From: Octopus vulgaris
Lineage: Eukaryota
Direction of reading: 5' to 3'
Length of the DNA stretch: 64,000 bases
Assembly (NCBI GenBank): GCA_951406725.2
Contig: OX597819.1
Span: 63,736,001 to 63,800,000 of the forward strand
The notes below the pieces were generated by a model. The model was not told the origin of the DNA. It saw nothing but the letters and a program-made list of their open reading frames with translations, and did no database searches. Below, piece after piece: positions 59,623 through 64,000 of the stretch; position 1 is the stretch's first letter, and each line of letters starts with the position of its first letter. The position numbers and the translations under genes are program-made.

Positions 59623-60687
59623 GTATATATATGTGTGTGTGTGTGTGTATGTGTGTGAATGTATGTTTGTAGAATTCTCTTCAATTAATTTCTAATTACC
59701 TTATCTATGTTATTGTTCATGTAATACGCAATATATATGCTCACTGTACATTTTATGGTTGAATATATATCATAGATAAAGACCAAAACTTATCATTTTT
59801 TCCTTCTGTATTATTCGAGGCCGTTGTATATGAGATACACTCTTCCACTACTCTTATTTGACTGATTTTTGGTTTGATAATCTTATGATATGATGTAGAT
59901 TGAGAAACAAATATTCTTGTATTTCTTGTTCATTTTGTTATGACAGTCCATTTCAGAATAAGATCATTGTAACTGAGCTTATTACTGTTTGTATATTTGA
60001 TGCTGTTTACTTGTAGTAATAAGAAAATGAATTCCCAGGCAGCGTTTATAATTTTAACGTTGTTTTCACCACCGGATTGTATGGTATTGCATTGGTGTCA
60101 AAACGATAGCTGTTTGGGAGCTGACTAAGGAAATAGATATTTGTTATGGTCGATAGTAATTTTTTCTTGTATTTTGTTCTTTGTATTATGGGATGTAATT
60201 TATTCGTGTAAATTGGAGAGTCTTCCTTCTTTCATAGTTTGTGGAGATCAGCTGAATTTGTACTGCTTGGTTTATCTTCATAGTTAATTTAATAAGGCAA
60301 ACGTAACGCTTGGATATCGGTGTGTACTTTTGGGAGGCTCTGCGAAATACACACACACACACACACACACATACACACACAAAACACACACATATATACA
60401 TATAATGTATATATATGAAAAAGAAATATAAATAGATACAAGTCCATATAAACTTACAAACTCTATCTCTCCTACATTTGCCCTATAACTCTTAACTGGT
60501 AACGGTCAGAAATTACTTAACAACGATACAAAAGCCCACTGGATTACGATTATCTGCAATGAGGTTTAAATATAAGCGCAGTAATCGAACACCTATTTGT
60601 ACTCACAATTTCTACTGTGTTTGATTCTATGTGTGTATGCATGTGCATCTGGTGTTTGGTGTCTGTGAATGTGCGTATGACCACTCG

Positions 60688-60743
<56 letters not shown>

Positions 60744-60874
60744 TATGTATGTATACATACATGTATATATACACATATATATATAATATACATATATGTA
60801 TTTATGCATATAATATATATATGATATACATATTTATATGTAATATAATATATATATGATATACATACTTATAT

Positions 60875-60928
<54 letters not shown>

Positions 60929-60995
60929 AATATATGTATATATACATATAAATATACATATGTATGTATATATATATATATATATGTGTATATAC

Positions 60996-61098
<103 letters not shown>

Positions 61099-61695
61099 TG
61101 TATGCATACATTGATAGATTTAATATACATATTGGTTACCTATGTATACATGCTTTAGATTTATGTTTACGAATATCTATGTAACTATATTAGTGTATAT
61201 GCTTGAGCAGATAATATATGTGATTACACATTATTACCAAAACCATCACAGAATTTATAATTAATAATTCTTATTGAATAATCTCAATTATCAGTGTACT
61301 CAGTCTCTGTTCCGACGGCGAAAATTAAATTTACTCCCCATGTATAACCATCGACAGACTTTAATTAAATGTTCAATCATAATCGATTTAATGTTATTAG
61401 CGCAAATTTCCATCCGGATGTTTCGTCTAGAAACCTGGTGAGAGAAATTTAAGACAACTTATAAGTAAGAAATTAAACATTGTATATTTAATTCTACAAA
61501 ATTTATACCCCTGTGTTAAATCAATTATTTTATGTTAAAAACCAAAAACATTTTCGAACATTTGCTCTTGGTGCTGTCTACTGTTCCAGATTTTCTTATC
61601 TAACAGACGCCTGATAAATATGTATGTACGTACACACACACACACACAGACATAATATATGTAAATATATATACATACACACGTACATATAAATG

Positions 61696-61726
<31 letters not shown>

Positions 61727-61748
61727 CATGCATATGTATATATATGCC

Positions 61749-61883
<135 letters not shown>

Positions 61884-63669
61884 GATAGATACATTTCAAT
61901 AGCCAATCGATAGAATGTATTATGAGATAGACTGATGTTAGAGACCAGTTCAATTAAAAATAGCAAATAGTGTCACAGACGCAATTAGTGGTATCGCGCC
62001 ACAAGACACAGTAACTGCTCTCGACAATGATACCAAGTGATGTGGTGTACCATTGACCTCAGAAGGTCAATGTAAATGTAAAAGTAAGAGAAATGATATA
62101 ATACCAAACAGTGATAAATAGTAGATTTGTTAGAGAGTGTGGCAGAAACATCTGCGTCATATTATTCCATGCTGTTGCAACCTATGATGAAGCAACCCCT
62201 TCAAGAGATGAAAGACAAAGAACGTCTGCGGATGCGAGTTTCGCATGTCGATTGGAATGCCAGACATAATGGGCGATTTTGCTGATGTCTAGTGGAACAA
62301 TACTGCTTTGACACTGGGAACGGTAATATCGGCAAGCCCTCCTCTCTAGTTTGTTACATTTGTGATTAATACAAAAACCATAACTAATGGTAAATAAACT
62401 ACAGTATGCTGGTCACAGAGTATCGAGGAAATCTACGTCTGGCATTTTTTAGTGTGATCAATATTAGAGTAGGTCTCCATTGGATCTTGTACTTTGAAAC
62501 TCTACTGCTGGCCATAGAAACGTTAGAAGTGTGACTAGTAAAACGAGAGCGGAATGTTTTGGTTTGCTGTCGTTTCTTTGATGTGGGACATGTATCATAT
62601 ATATTTCCAAATGTCAAACTATATCGCTGTTCAATAGGGGAGATTACAGATCTTTCTGTGAATAAAAATATATCCAGGGCGCAATAATTAAGTGCTATTC
62701 AAACGATAATATTGTGATTGGTGGCTTTGTGTGATCGAAATCGAAGGAATATTTCTACACTAGGCATGGGCAGTTAGGACCGCAAAAACTGGGGAATTGA
62801 AGCAGATACATTTGAAGGATAAGTATTGCGAATCGAGATGAAAAGTGACTACCAAGGCTGCTTTAAAGAGATAGTTTTTACAGAGCCCTCATCTTTTAGT
62901 TAAGGAACGATAGAGGACAGTGCATTCAGATTCACGTTAGAAAATGTCACAGGTAGATTTCCTCGATGCTCCGTGACTATCATATTGGTATTAAGCACAA
63001 GTACAACACACTTGAAAGGAGTGCTTTGTCGATATTGTCGTACTCTATTCTTGACTGGTACTTGATTGTATCATACCCATTACTTGACTGGAACTTGAGT
63101 TTTATCATGCCCGAAACGATAAAAAGACAGTTAATCGGGGTGTGATGAGACCAGATCTTCTCCGAAGCTTCAACATCTCTTCTAGCTCTCTGACTAGGAA
63201 ATGGTGCCTAAAGTTTTAGAAGGCTGTGGATTCCTTTTAATCGACTTTAATAATTCACTGGTATTTTTCCTATTGATTACAAAAATTCTGCATGGTAAAG
63301 TCGACAATAGTTGGATTTGAAATCACAACAGAGAATTTAATTTCAGCATCGAGGCTCCCAGTAAAGGTAACTTACCTCAAAACTCCAATATATGTATAGC
63401 AACACATGGATTTGAGATATCAATAGTAGTCTTAGTAGTCTTAGTACTGTTGCATTACACGTAGTAATAATTTATATCCAATGTGACATTTGAAGACACC
63501 ATGTTGCAGTAATCTTGTTATATTAAATACCTAATTTAAGAATTCATATTTTATACATCATATACTATAATTAGCTATTTATGTACGACTACAATTCTCT
63601 TTCCAACTTTATCTTTTACTGTTTTACCTTTATGTGTGATACACACACACAGACACACACACACACACG

Positions 63670-63701
<32 letters not shown>

Positions 63702-63768
63702 TGTATGTATGTATGTATGTATGTATGTATGTATGTATGTATGTATGTATGTATGTATGCATGCATGC

Positions 63769-63818
<50 letters not shown>

Positions 63819-63920
63819 TTAATGTTTCTCACATTTATTTCGTCTTTTCTGTCTATTTTCTCCCTATTTCTCTTCCTCTCTCATTTACATTCAGCCTATG
63901 TTTCGTATGCCTCATATAAC

Positions 63921-63958
<38 letters not shown>

Positions 63959-64000
63959 TATATATACATATATATATATACACACACACACACATATATA

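Overview
AT-rich, microsatellite-saturated animal non-coding DNA. The SINE families and the (TA)n/(CA)n/(TAA)n/(TAGA)n load resemble an Octopus genome (inference). I found no host protein-coding exon; almost all ORF-track entries are microsatellite translations. Contents: many tRNA-derived SINEs, degenerate mariner and Tigger DNA transposons, R4/Dong, CR1 and CRE-like non-LTR remnants, and a dense set of Penelope-like element (PLE) pieces carrying hammerhead ribozymes (HHRs). The main finding is a near-identical ~490-bp tandem array at 33771-36802. Each unit encodes a type I HHR with an unusually long (~68-nt) stem II inside a highly structured RNA. The array is head-to-head around a 6-nt microhomology and both ends join (TA)n, which fits a retrozyme (ribozyme-bearing, putative circular-RNA retroelement). 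It lies ~470 bp from a nearly intact Naiad-type PLE (RT + GIY-YIG, with its own HHR) whose family makes the same kind of head-to-head insertion in (TA)n, so it is a plausible mobilising partner. Coordinates were read by eye and old-repeat boundaries are approximate.
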